Positions 38,478 through 51,100 of a DNA stretch of 64,000 nucleotides are shown here, one piece after another. This stretch comes from Octopus sinensis (Eukaryota). The stretch is from the NCBI RefSeq assembly GCF_006345805.1, contig NC_043000.1:73656001-73720000 (forward strand), read 5' to 3'. A model generated the notes under the pieces. That model did not search any database. It saw only the letters and a list, made by a program, of their open reading frames with translations, and was not told where the DNA came from. The position numbers were made by a program, and so were the translations under genes. Within the stretch, counting starts at the first letter, position 1. Every line of letters begins with the position of its first letter.

Positions 38478-39005
38478 TTGGTATCCGCTTCTTGGGGAAT
38501 GATCTCCCTTTGCAAGATAGAGGACGCCGTGATGGCGTCGGCCTATCTGGTGACGTTGATGTTCGCCTGGGGCTAAATGCAACAGTGATACCCCCACCAC
38601 TCTGCCCTGTCCCTAGCCATATTCAGTTGGCTAATATCCCTTATATTATGGAGCAGTCACTGTCTATATCTCATTTAGAGAATTATTATTGCTGTCGAAC
38701 AGATTTTCGAAATCAGTAAATGTATTTACTTGAAAATCTTTATATATATCTTGCACGGTTGGTCGTTCGTCGAGAAGCGGTGCCTACCACACGTTGATAA
38801 TAGGCAATACACCTTGAAACCTAGGTCCGTGTGTGGTATCCGCTTCTTGGGGAATGATCTCCCTTTGCAAGATAGAGGACGCCGTGATGGCGTCGGCCTA
38901 TCTGGTGACGTTGATGTTCGCCTGGGGCTAAATGCAACAGTGATACCCCCACCACCCTGCCCTGTCCCTAGCCATATTCAGTTGGCTAATATCCCTTATA
39001 TTATA
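38478..39005 (-). mobile_element. Two ~165-bp direct copies of a LINE (RTE-like) 3' end
   Basis: 38478-38650 and 38835-39003 nearly identical; minus strand encodes NMARDRAEW (A.DR..W C-terminal motif). Confidence 0.6.
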
Positions 39006-39039
39006 TATATATAGTAGTAGTAGTAACAGAAAAGAGGAA

Positions 39040-39590
39040 TTTCGATTGTCCCGCAATACAGACAAATTCCTCTCAGTGAACACATAGAAAAATGTGCAGG
39101 TAACATCAAACCAAGATTCACAGTCTTCCCTTTATTCCAGTGCAAAGACGCAATCTCTCAACTAGAACGGTTAAATAAAGAAACTTTTTTCATTGAAAAA
39201 TACAAAGCACGTCTTAAGGTGCACACATAACCAACTTTTATATTTTTACATATTCCATTCACGATTACATCACTGTCTCTTTTCTGTACACATATTTAAT
39301 TCTCACCCATTACCGAAAGCTGAACAGTTATCTCCCTTACACACAACAATAACAATAATAACAACCAGTTACCTCCCTTTATTTGTCTACTTGTGACGTC
39401 ATTAACTCGTGAATTTCATCGTCACACACAACATGGACCAAATTTCTTCTTAAGAAAAAAAATATATATTCAAATAAATTAAACATAATATCATGAATAG
39501 CGATAGCGAAACCGGTCGATATATTAAAAATTATATTAAAACCATGCAAGTGTGCGTATTTTCCTTTTTTAATTTCTTATATATATATAT
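39040..39590 (+). mobile_element. Penelope-like GIY-YIG C-terminal fragment plus pLTR, related to 11343-12560
   Basis: PLSEHIEKCA..FPLFQC..RLNKETF/FIEKYKARL* aligns with PFSEHIEKCA..FPFYQC..RLNKETFFIEKYKPRLN. Confidence 0.85.
39488..39522 (+). ncRNA. Minimal type-I hammerhead ribozyme, A3:U8 core variant
   Basis: ATATC-ATGAATA-GC(gata)GC-GAA-ACCGGT-C-GATAT; GUC site. Confidence 0.7.
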
Positions 39591-39629
39591 AATTTTGTTC
39601 AGAAGGCTGTGAAGATTTTAGAACATTTA

Positions 39630-39955
39630 TAAATAGGTCTTACAGCTCTTTCCGGGATATTTTTTATATCCCTTCATCGGAGACGGTGTGAGAAAATGGT
39701 TAAGCAATAGTTAATTTAGTTGAGATTTGAAATAGTGAAGTGGAGGAGTGAAATAGAAGTGGTATATGTAGGGATATTGCATTTTGCCTAAATAATGGAT
39801 CTACAAATGCAATATCCCACATCTATTTTCACTCCTACACTTCACTCTCTATTTCATATCTTATCTAAATTGATATATTGCTTAACCATATTCTCACACT
39901 GTCTCCGATGAAGGGTTATAAAAAATATCCCGGAAAAAGCTGTAAGACCTTCTAT
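39630..39955. mobile_element. Inverted pLTR palindrome with degenerate hammerheads in both arms
   Basis: GTCT-CCGATGA-AGGG..TCCC-GGAAA..GCTGT-A-AGAC at 39901-39948 (+) and 39637-39684 (-). Confidence 0.75.
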
Positions 39956-40170
39956 CCATAAATAATAATAATATGAACAGCGGAGTGGAACGCTATAGAA
40001 AGGGATAAATAGATTAAGTACTAAAAATATGATGAAGTTAGACGAGTTAGGCAGGAATAAACATATATACACACATATATATAGACATATATATATATAT
40101 ACAGACATATATACATATAAATAAAGTCATATATACATATATATATAGACATATATACATATATATAAAG

Positions 40171-40216
<46 letters not shown>

Positions 40217-40633
40217 ATATACATATACATACGTATATATGCATATATATACACATATATAAATATATCCACATATAAATATATCCATATATACACATAC
40301 ATATATATACATATCTATACATTTTTTCTGTAGTTTTAGATCAGAGCTCCGCCCATGCTGATGCACCGCTGTTAGAGAACCCTTCAGTCATGACTGGTCA
40401 TGGGATAGCACCTAGAAAGTTACCCTCTGAGGCAAGGTTGTTTATGGAAGGCCAAAAGTCACCCATACCGGCTACGAGTATTATCCAAGGGAAAGGCAAA
40501 GAGGCCGATACAGCTTGGCACCTGTGACGTCTAAATTAATTTCTACAGATGAGTGAACTAGAGTGATCCTAAGCTCAATGCTCTGAACACTGACCCATGC
40601 GCCTTCACATATAAATATATATATATACATATA

Positions 40634-40875
40634 TCACGTGATCACGTGACCGACCAGACCATCAGATGTTGCTGATGGTCACAATCCTTCGAATGACGCC
40701 ACCTCGCTGGCTAAGCGAGCAGGCCAACAGAAGAGTGAGATAAAGAGTGGTGAAAGAGTACAGCAGGGACCACCACCCCCTGCCGGAGGCTCGTGGAGCT
40801 TTTAGGTGTTTTCGCTCAATAAACACACACGGGGAATTGAAACCGCGATCCTAAAACCGCGAGTTTGCTGCCCTA
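40634..40875 (-). mobile_element. SINE family C, 5'-truncated
   Basis: Homologous to 35174-35482. Confidence 0.75.
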
Positions 40876-41780
40876 ATAATTTCGACACTTAAATATCGAT
40901 ATTATCCTCATATATAAATTTATATAATTCGTTATTATATTCACTGCGGTGCTTATTTAACCATATCGTACTTATGCGGTGATTTGGCGGGCGATTCAAA
41001 CTGGCTGTGTCCATACGTGCATATGTATGTATGTATGTACGGCGCTCGTATATGTAAGTATATCGTTTGCTGTGCATATATATATCTGTATTTATGTACC
41101 TTGATATATTCAATTGATGACGGTAAAGCTTATCTAAAGCAGAACCAGAAATCCTTGGATCTTGAATTATTCAATAATTTTTGCTTGTATGTTTTGTCCT
41201 CCGCTTTACCTCATGGTGCCATATGAACATTTAACGTGGTTTTATAGTCAGAGTTTCGACTGCTATTTCGGCATGTTGGTGTCTTTTAGACACCCTCATT
41301 TTTAATTGTTAAAAATTTTTTACCTTTATAAGGTATTTCTTTCATGCTGGCCACTTGATAATTTCGACACTTAAATATCGATATTATCCTCATATATAAA
41401 TTTATATAATTCGTATTATATTCACTGCGGTGCTTATTTTAACCATATCGTACTTATGCGGTGATTTGGCGGGCGATTCAAACTGTCTGTGTCCATACGT
41501 GCATATGTATGTATGTACGGCGCTCGTATATGTAAGTATATAGTTTGCTGTGATATATATATCTGTATTTATGTACCCTTGATATATTCAATTGATGACG
41601 GTAAAGCTTATCTAAAGCAGAACCAGAAATCCTTGGATCTGAATTATTCAATAATTTTTGCTTGTATGTTTGTCCTCCGCTTTACCTCATGGTGCGATAT
41701 GAACATTTAACGTGGTTTTATAGTCAGAGTTTCGACTGCTATTTCGGCATGTTGGTGTCTTTTAGACACCCTCATTTTTA

Positions 41781-41785
<5 letters not shown>
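40876..41785 (+). mobile_element. Tandem pair of ~480-bp pLTR-like repeats, each with a hammerhead-like motif
   Basis: Units start at 40876 and 41358 (period 482 bp); motifs at 41108-41167 and 41586-41645. Confidence 0.8.
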
Positions 41786-41864
<79 letters not shown>

Positions 41865-41867
41865 AAA

Positions 41868-44065
41868 TAGGTGAATGAATTATCCTATGTTTATCGTCAG
41901 CATGGAAAATTCGTTTAACCGAAACTTGGGTAGCAAATTCACGTCAGAAACACGGATATATATATCGAGTTTCTATTCTTCAATCAACCCTATTATGCTT
42001 AATAAGGCCCTATGGCGCACACACAATAAGGCAGGTCTCTCCAGGGAGGAAATTAGTGTGATATTGACTGCTGGGAAATCTTTCATCCAGTTCGATAGCA
42101 AGTTGTGGGTCCCTAATGCGTTTGATGTACTAATGGGAAGTACAGACAGCGCCCAGATAGCCGATTTGGTCGGAATTATGAAATGGCCGACCAATTCCCG
42201 GACATCTGTGGAGGTCTTTATCGCGACGATTGTCTGCTTTACCTCCAAAACGTTTCGAACCAAAAAATACAGAAGGTTAAGAACGGATTAGTTAGCTATT
42301 TTAGTAGAATGGGCTTGCGCATCGTTTTTGACGATGAATTAACTAAAGCCAACTTCTTAGACATTACCCTCAATTTGCAGAATAACTCATACTTCCCTTA
42401 TCATAAACCTTCCACAAATCTTAAGTATATTAGCATTTTCAGTAATCATGCCAGGCCAATTACCGATAATTTAGTCAAAAACATATCTCTGAGACTGTCT
42501 AAATTATTTGCTAATGTCGACATCTTTAACCAAAAAGCAGACTTCTATAACGCCGCCTTGTTAAGAGCCGGTTATAAGGAGAAAGTGTCACACATCGATT
42601 CAGCTCATCCTAAACCAACATCTGCTTCTCCAGATAGAAAAGTTACTCGTAATAGGAATAATGATTTCAATTCTAATAGTGCCAGCAACCCTGTACATAA
42701 AATAAATTCTTTACGGGCTAGGGGAGGTAAGCGCCATTCAACCCCAAATTTCCAACCCAGAATTTTTCCCCTTACTATCACAAATAACACTAAGAACAAT
42801 TCAAAGGCCACAAAAAAACTGTATCTGGTTCGTAATACCTTTCGGAAAACACATTAAATCGAACCTTCCCTTACAGTTCCGTGAAGCCGTTGTTAGGAAC
42901 TTTCCCAGATATTCTAGATATCATTCTATTATCAATTCCCACATAGTCAGAATCGCTTTCTCTAACACTAGGAATCTTTCACAAATTATATCTTCCCACA
43001 ATACCAAGCTGCTAAACAAAGATTCTTCACCTGGGAGTTCCAACACTAATCTTGCTAATTCCAACCCATCATACAATCATAATAATAGGAATAGTATTAA
43101 TAGTAACAGCATTGGTAGCAGCGAAATAGTATTAGTCGTGTTAATAACAATAGTAGTGTTGATGGTAACAACAATAACGGTATTATTGTCGGTGGTATTA
43201 CTGGTTGTATTACCATTAATAATACTAATAATAATAGAAATAGTGTAGTTGTTGGCGCTAATAATAATAGTAACAACAATCATAACAATAAAAACTTCGT
43301 TTCGATCTCGGAGGACAACCCCAACAGAATTAAATTTTTGTCTAGTAATTCTAAGATTAAGAATTCTATTTACCAGTGTAGAATTTCTTCCGGTACCGAT
43401 GTCTTCTTCTATATAGGAGTGTCCACTTCCCAGTTATCCAAGAGAATTTCAAACCATTATTCAACATTCAGGGATAGTAAAAAACGACATAGTATAGGGC
43501 TAAGTAAATTAGTTTGGCGTCTTAAAGACAACAATATAAATTTCAAGTTAGATTGGTTCATACTGTCTGTATCCTTTCCTTTTGATAAGGGCAGGAGATT
43601 TTGTAACATTTGCAACTCTGAACTCTTCCATATTCTCTTCTCTAAGGTTCCCCTAGTAAACACACTCATAGAAAAATCATACAAATGTAAACACTGGCAG
43701 AAACATACTTTCTACTCATATAAATGATAACGATAGTCACTGTGGTTTGAACAATTAGCTTTACGTCCACTCCACTTCTATAGCGAAATTCTTTCCTAAA
43801 CCTTCGAACATTCTTTCAATCAACGTACCCTTCCCTCTCCACTTGTTCCCTACCTATTTTTCCTTTAACCCTTTCCTTCCTACTATCTATCTTTGACGTC
43901 AATTCTTCTAACGGTTGTTTTAAAAAACACTCATTATCGTTTTGTTTACCATGTAGGCAGTCATCGAAATTTTTGTTTGTCTTGTTGTCGAGAGAGGCTC
44001 TCTTTATTTCCTGATGAGAAGATTGCATAATGCACCCTTTATTCCTTTGGAATGAAAACATGTTA
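41868..44065 (+). mobile_element. Penelope-like element (YRDD RT, C-terminal GIY-YIG; resembles Naiad-type), frameshifted
   Basis: FDVLMGSTDSAQIADLVG; GLYRDD; NFLDITLNL; YHKP; SIYQC..FYIGVS..KRISNH; CNICNSE. Confidence 0.88.
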
Positions 44066-44978
44066 GTTAGTTAGTTAGTTAATTTGGCTCAAAAGCAAAT
44101 AGCAAGGCCATGTAGGGGGATATGGAGTTAAGTACAGGGTGGTGTTCATGTAAAGAGTTCAGGCCACTTGAGGTCCAGGGAGGCTTTGAACAAAGCGGTC
44201 GTTGGCATCTTCACCATCTCATCTGGCAGCTTGTTCCACGGATCCGCAACCCGGACGGAGAAAGCTCCTCTCCTTCGATTGAGATGAAATCGTCGCAGGT
44301 AGAGCTTTTCGGAATGACCCCGCAGCCGACGCTCCGGAGCAGGAGTGAAGAACAGCTCTTTCGAGAGGTTACACTTCCGCTTATGATGTTGTGGGCGAGA
44401 ATGAGATCACCACGGCGGCGGCGTTTTTCAAGAGAATAAAGGTCGAGCGTCCTCAGCCTTTCTTCGTAGGACAAATTTTTGAGACCATGAACCAGGCGGG
44501 TAGCCAGCCTCTGGACTCTTTCGAGGTGCTGTATGTCTTTGAGGAGATAAGGAGAAGAGGCTTGAATCCCATACTCCAATATGGGTCTCACCAGCGTGAC
44601 ATAGAGTGGCAGGAATATGGCTGCTGTGAGCACTCCGAATGACCGTCGAATCAAAAACAGAATTCCGCGCGCTTTGTTGGCAGCATGGACGCACTGGGCC
44701 GAAGGCGAAAAGGAGGAATCCACCAAGATACCCAGGTCCTTTACCTGATCGGTCCTCTCCAGCAGCAGACGACCCGGCTCGAAATCAAGTTGAGTTGCAG
44801 GAGTAGAGCCGACAGGCAGATGACAGCACTTTGACACGTTCAGACACAGGTCCCAATCGTTAGACCACTTCCAAATTTGGTGGAGGCATCGACGAAGATC
44901 CTCTATACTACCGCGAGGAGCGACCAGTTTGATATCGTCGGCAAATAGAAGGGTGTGTTGCGTGAGGTCGTCGGGCAA
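44062..44978 (-). mobile_element. CR1-clade LINE 3' part with (TAAC)n tail
   Basis: LFADDIKL; DLGILVD; LYVTLVRPILEYG; LERVQRLAT; SYEERL..LYSLEKRRRRGDLI (uninterrupted ORF 44211-44978). Confidence 0.92.
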
Positions 44979-45059
44979 GTCATTTATGAAGAATTATGTT
45001 GTCTTCGAAACATATGTCGAGAGTAAAGGAATTTTGTTAACATCTTCGTTCGACTCCAT

Positions 45060-45259
45060 TCTTTCACCATGTTGAATCGCTAGCTTCTGCACGCATTTTT
45101 TCTCTCCGTGTTTCTTTTCTGTGTATCTTTCTGTTGAAGAGCGTAGGCTCGAAACGTAAAAGACTTGTTTTATTTATATTCCTGAGCGCCATACTAATAC
45201 AATTGTTTGTTTGTACTCCACTTGCCTTCGTCTTTTGTTTATTTTCATAAAGCTTCCCG

Positions 45260-45262
<3 letters not shown>
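45060..45262 (+). mobile_element. pLTR copy (same family as 10930-11165)
   Basis: Sequence identity; abuts (TA)n. Confidence 0.75.
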
Positions 45263-45306
<44 letters not shown>

Positions 45307-45309
45307 ATA

Positions 45310-47205
45310 TAGATGCATTGTGGGCTATTGTAAACCAGGCAGTTCATGACGACCCAACGACTGGCGTAGCAGCACCATAGTCAACTGCTACAAGGGTAAA
45401 GGTGATGCTCTTGATAGAAATAACTACAGGGGTACCAAACTGCTGGATCAGGTGATGAAGGTCACGGAGAAGGTCATAGCCCATCTCATTAGGGGGAGAG
45501 TCTGCTTAGATGAGATGCAGTTCGGTTTTGTGCTGGGTAGGAGCACCACTGATGCCATATTCCTGGTTCGATAACTGCTGGAGAAATACCTAACCAAAGA
45601 TAAACCCCTATACTTAGCTTTTGGGGACTTGGAGAAAGCCTTTGACAGGGTCCCCCATTTCCTTATCCGGTGGGCGATGCGGAAACTGGAGATAAGGACT
45701 CTACAGGCCCTTTACAGAGAGGCCGTTAGTAAAGTTAGGATAGAAGTAGGGGTCCACCAAGGTTCAGCCCTCATTCCCCTTTTATTCATCATAGTCCTTC
45801 AGGCAATAACAGAGGATTTCAAAACAGGTTGCCCCTGGGAGCTCCTCTATGTTGATGACCTGGCCCTCATAGCGGAATCACTACCGGAACTAGAAAAGAA
45901 ATTTCGGGTGTGGAAATTAGGTCTTGGAGTCAACGTAGCAAAGACCAAAGTTCTCGTAAGTAAGAAGGCGAACTCACCACACCCCCACCTAAGTATGTAC
46001 CGTTCGAGTGGTAGAAAAGGTATAGGTAGAAATTCTATAAGATGTATCCAGTGTAAGCTATGGACATATAAGAGGTGCAGCAACATCAAAGGAAAATTAA
46101 CCGAGAAGATAGCTTTCGTGTGCAGCAGATGCACGGGGGCAATAGACACCACAGATACTCAGAAAACAGATTTCATCACACTCCAGGGGGAGAGACTAGA
46201 AGTAGTTGATAGCTTCCGCTACCTAGGTGACCAAGTTAGTAGTGGGGGTGGATGCTCAGAGAGTGTTACCACTAGAATACGAATAGCTTGAGCAAAGTTT
46301 AGAAAGCTTCTTCCCCTACTTGTAACAAAGGGTCGCTCCCTCAGAGTGAAAGGTAGATTGTACGACGCATGCTTCACGGCAGTGAAACATGGGCCATGAC
46401 TGCAGAGGACATGCGTAGGCTCGAAAGAAATGAAGCTAGCATGATCTGCTGGATGTATAATGTCAGTGTGCACGCACGACAAAGTGTAAGCACCCTGAGA
46501 GAAATGTTGGACATAAGAAGCCTCGGATGTGGTGTGCAGGTATGGTCATGTACTACGGATGGATGAGGAGAGATGTGTGAAGAAGTGCCACTCCCAAACT
46601 GTTGAAGGAATCCGGGGTAGAGGTAGACCCAGGAAGACATGGGATGAGGTGATCAAGCATGACCTTCGAATGTTGGGCTTCAAATAGGCAATGACAAAAG
46701 ACCGAAACCTCTGGAGATATGCTGAGACTGTGAAGGCACCACAAATAAAGTGAATTCATGGCTCGCATGACAGCCTGCTGCGCTTACCTTGGATCGTAGG
46801 GTGACCTGCTTTGCTTGAGGAGACCTCTGTGTGACAGATCAATATCAAGATAAAAATCAAATAGAAATTGTAGTTGTGATACCCGTGCCGGTGCCACGTC
46901 AAAAACACCATAAAAACGTGGCTGATGTCAGCACCGCCTTGATTGGCGTCCGTGCCGGTGGCATGTAAAAAGCACCAACCGATCGTGGATGTTGCCAGCA
47001 TCCTCTAGCCCCTGTGCCGGTGGCACATAAAAAGCACCCACTACACACATGGAGTGGTTGACGTTAGGAAGGGCATCCAGCGATAGAAACACTGCCAGAT
47101 GAGTCTAGAGCCTGGTGCAGCCCCTGGCTTCCCCGACCCCGGTCGAACCGCCCAACCCATGCTAGCATGGAAAACGCACGTTAAACAATGATGATGATGA
47201 TGCAT
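45310..47205 (+). mobile_element. RTE-clade LINE 3' half with (GAT)n tail
   Basis: KGKGDAL..NYRG; QFGF..GRSTTDAIF; DLEKAFDRVP; GVHQGSAL; LLYVDD; Cys-rich RCIQCKLW..RC; HGSETW-like. Confidence 0.9.
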
Positions 47206-47256
47206 ACATATAGATACATATATATATATATATACATATATGCATACATACATTAC

Positions 47257-47356
47257 NNNNNNNNNNNNNNNNNNNNNNNNNNNNNNNNNNNNNNNNNNNN
47301 NNNNNNNNNNNNNNNNNNNNNNNNNNNNNNNNNNNNNNNNNNNNNNNNNNNNNNNN
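47257..47356. other. Assembly gap (100 N)
   Basis: Run of n. Confidence 1.
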
Positions 47357-48179
47357 ACCAAATTATACCATCTTGAAATTGTATATCATAGGAAAGTTAA
47401 AATTAAAGTGACAATTAAAAGGTAAAGATGGAAGTGAATTATAAAGATAATAATATAATATGATGTATATAACAGGCAATACACACATCTACACACACAC
47501 AGATTTACACACTTTACTCAACATACATTGAAAGACAAATTTACTCAACATACATTGAAGGACACACACACACGCACACACACATATACACACACACACA
47601 CGCATACACATACACACATGTTTTCTCTGTCTTACTTCCTCCTCACCCACTACTACGAAACTATAAAATGTTCAAACTCCCCACAACTGATTTGATTTGA
47701 AAAGCCCACTAGAATAGATGTAATCGCGATTACATTATACGCTATTTTTTTTTTTAAACGCGCGCGTCTGTTTGTATATAAATTCGTCCGTGATACAGTG
47801 TGTTTTCTTCTCTCAATCCTGACTATTTGTCTAACCTTTTCTGTGTAGTTTCCTTACAGCCACATACTATCCCACTCTTGCTCTCTGTCTCACATCTACG
47901 CTCACTCCCCCTCTGCTCACTTCTACTCTCTTCCACCCGCTGATCTGCCTTACTCTTACTATCTCTTTCTTTATCTGTCTCTCCCTCCCTCAGACCCTCT
48001 ATTATCTCTCGCTCTCTCTCTCCCTCTCCCTCTTTCTGCCATCATCTGCTGAACTTCCACTCGCTTCCTCTTTCTGCATCTCTCCCCCCGCTTTCTCTTT
48101 CTGCATCCCCCCCGCTTTCTCTCATATCAACTTTCTCGTATCTCACCCCCCTTTCTGTCCCTCTTTTTCACTCATTCTC

Positions 48180-51100
48180 TCTTGTATCTCTATCCCGCCA
48201 TCTCTCTCTCCCTCTCTCTTTTTCTCTCTCTGCCTCTCTTCTCTCCGCTCCTTTTCAGGTCAAACCCCTTTCTCTCTTTTCCTCCTTCTGTTACCTCTAT
48301 TTCACTCTCACTGTATCTCAAGCGGAGATGTCATGGAACTGGACTGCGAGGGAGTTGCAATTGTTATTCCGCGCCTGGAAGATTGCCGAAGGTGACTCCC
48401 CAAACAACATCCTTGAAGTGGTGCTTAAGAGCAATGATTTATCCAGGACCACCGCCCAGATAGAGCGAAAGATACGCAAAAATCCTCCGTTCATACACTC
48501 TAATCAGGTAACACATGGACACACTGGACATCATCCTAGGAGGTGACTGCACCAGGGAAGACCAAAAGGATGGAGAAAGCATCCAGGACCCAACAAAAGA
48601 CACAACTGAGATACCTGCAACCAAGGGAAACAATGGTACATGTCCAGCTCCCAACACAACTGAAAACGCAAAAAAAGGAAAGCACCCTAAAATCGACGGA
48701 AAACAAGAGGTAAAAGACAAGAAAACTAAAACAAACACTGTTCAGAAAAAACAAGAACCCCAGCAAGAGTTACAAGGGCAAAAGGTGAAGCATCTGCAAA
48801 TTCTACCTGAAGGGAGACTGCTGGCATGGCGACGATGGTGCAAACTGTCGTTTTGCACATCAGAGGCCCTGCTAAAACCGCATGGACACAAGACACCCCC
48901 CCCCCTCGGGGAGAACAAAAAGAAAAAGAAAAATATCAAAGAAGGAAAAATAGCGCACTGACTACTCCTGAAAAACAATATGCGGATGTAGTGCGTGGTC
49001 CAAAAAAGATACTGCATAGCCCAACAAATCGCTAGCTTCACCCAGATGTGAGAAGGGCAGCAGCTGAACAGCAATCTTTTTTGTGTATAGCACAAAAAAT
49101 TGTCCAGCAGCTGACCTGGCTACAAACACAAAGCTGGAACTACCACCACATAAGGCCACCACCAACAGATGCAGGATAGCCACCACAGACACCAACACAC
49201 ACACCACAAAAATATTTCTATTGAACGTAGGAGGGCTGCTGCACTGCAACTGTAAAAGGAAAATCTCATTCCTGAGAGACCTTGCGGCATCTTGGACCTG
49301 ATATAGGGGATGCAGAAATACACATACCGCAATATGTTGTCATACGCTCAGACAGAAAAGGGAGGAGCCATGGCGGAGTTGCAATGTACATGCGAGATGA
49401 CCTCACGCCCCGGGTCCTACTGTCATATTCAAACTCAGTGTGTGACACTCAAATTGTACATATAACACAACTGAATATCGTCATATGTACTACATATCGC
49501 CCACCAGATGCCCCAAATCACTCAGGCATGTTTGAAGACTGCCTCGCAAAAATAGAAGTTCTCACCAACCTGGAACAACACAACAGTGTATTCTTCATGG
49601 GTGACTTTAACTTCCCCAATGTGGAATGGCCGGGGGGGGCAGATGCTCCCAGGGATGACACACCATCAGCAGGCACAGGTGGAGTCCCTGCTCCATCTCA
49701 CAAATGCCTCTTTCATGGAGCAAATAGTGCTGCAATCAACAAGGGCAGATAATATACTGGATCTCAGCTTCACAAACGATATGGATATTATCCATAATGT
49801 TAAAGTGATGCCGACAAAGATTTCAGATCACAACATAATAGAGCTGTATATGTATGGACCAAAAGCCCCTGCAGACACACAGCCTATACGAAGCATCCAC
49901 AATCTCTCCAAATTAAACTTTCATAAAACAAATTGGAAGTTGATTGAGAAAGAGATCCTCAAACAGGATTGGCCTAAATATCTCTCCACACCAGACATTG
50001 ACATGAAACACAAACGCTTCGTGTCCATAATACAAGCCATATGTGACAAATATGTCCCTGTGTGCAGGGCCAGTACACACAAAAACAAAAACAGGATCCC
50101 TAGAGAAAGGAAGATTCTTATGAGACGATGGACAAGGATTGTGAACCGCCTGAGCAAGCACACCAAAAGTGGTGAGAAGTCTCGGCTCGAGAGAATCCTA
50201 ATGGAAATTGAGAAAAGTCTGCATCAGTCTCATGAAAAGGAGAGACAAGATAAAGAAGCTTGGATAATAGAAAATATAAAGTCAAACCCTAAAGCTTTCT
50301 TTAAGTTTGCCAAAGAGACAGTCACAGTGCACCAGAGAATAGAACCTCTCTTCCAAAAAGATGGCTCCCTCACAAAAATCCCACGAGGATAAGTGAAATA
50401 CTGAACAAACAGTTCCAAAGTGTGTTCACTACACCTCTAGGACACAGGCAAGTAAACAAACCAGAAGAATTCTTTGCCACTTTACCTGCGGCCAAAGAGG
50501 CAAAAATTGAGTACATCAACATTGAAGATGATGATATCACACTGGCCATAGATGAGATTGACACAAACTCAGCTGCTGGACCTGATGGATTTCCAGCGAT
50601 CCTTCTCAAATCGTGCAAACAAGCCCTTGCAAAACCGCTACAGCTTCTTATTCAGAGCTTTCTTGCAAGTGGTAAGCTCCCAGTCAAATTGAAAGAGGGG
50701 GTAATATGCCCTATCCATAAGGGAGGTAACAGAGCAGATGCTAAAAATTATAGGCCATCTCTCTGACCTCACACATCAGCAAAGTCATGGAATGAATAGT
50801 CCGCAAGAAACTAATCATGTTCCTTGAAGAAAATGACTTGCTGACTGACACCCAGCATGGATTTCAACCAGGTTGAAGCTGCCTAACACAGCTCCTGCAA
50901 CACTATGACTGGGTGTTAAAACAGCTACTAAATGGCTCAAATGTGGATGTGATATATCTCGACTTTGCAAAAGCCTTTGATGAAGTCGACCATGGTATGA
51001 TTTTGTCACAAACTGCGTGGTCTCAGCATAGGTGGAAAACTTGGAGAATGGCTGCACAACTTCCCAGAAGATAGAAGGCAGGCAGTTGTGGCCAATGGAG

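Noticed and set aside
38478-39005. TRIM-like mini LTR element
   Set aside because: Repeats lack TG..CA ends and encode a LINE C-terminal motif
41868-44065. Selenocysteine recoding/SECIS in the Naiad-like element
   Set aside because: Breaks are frameshifts rather than in-frame TGA, and I saw no SECIS-like ATGA..AA..GA pattern; a SECIS search on intact copies would be decisive
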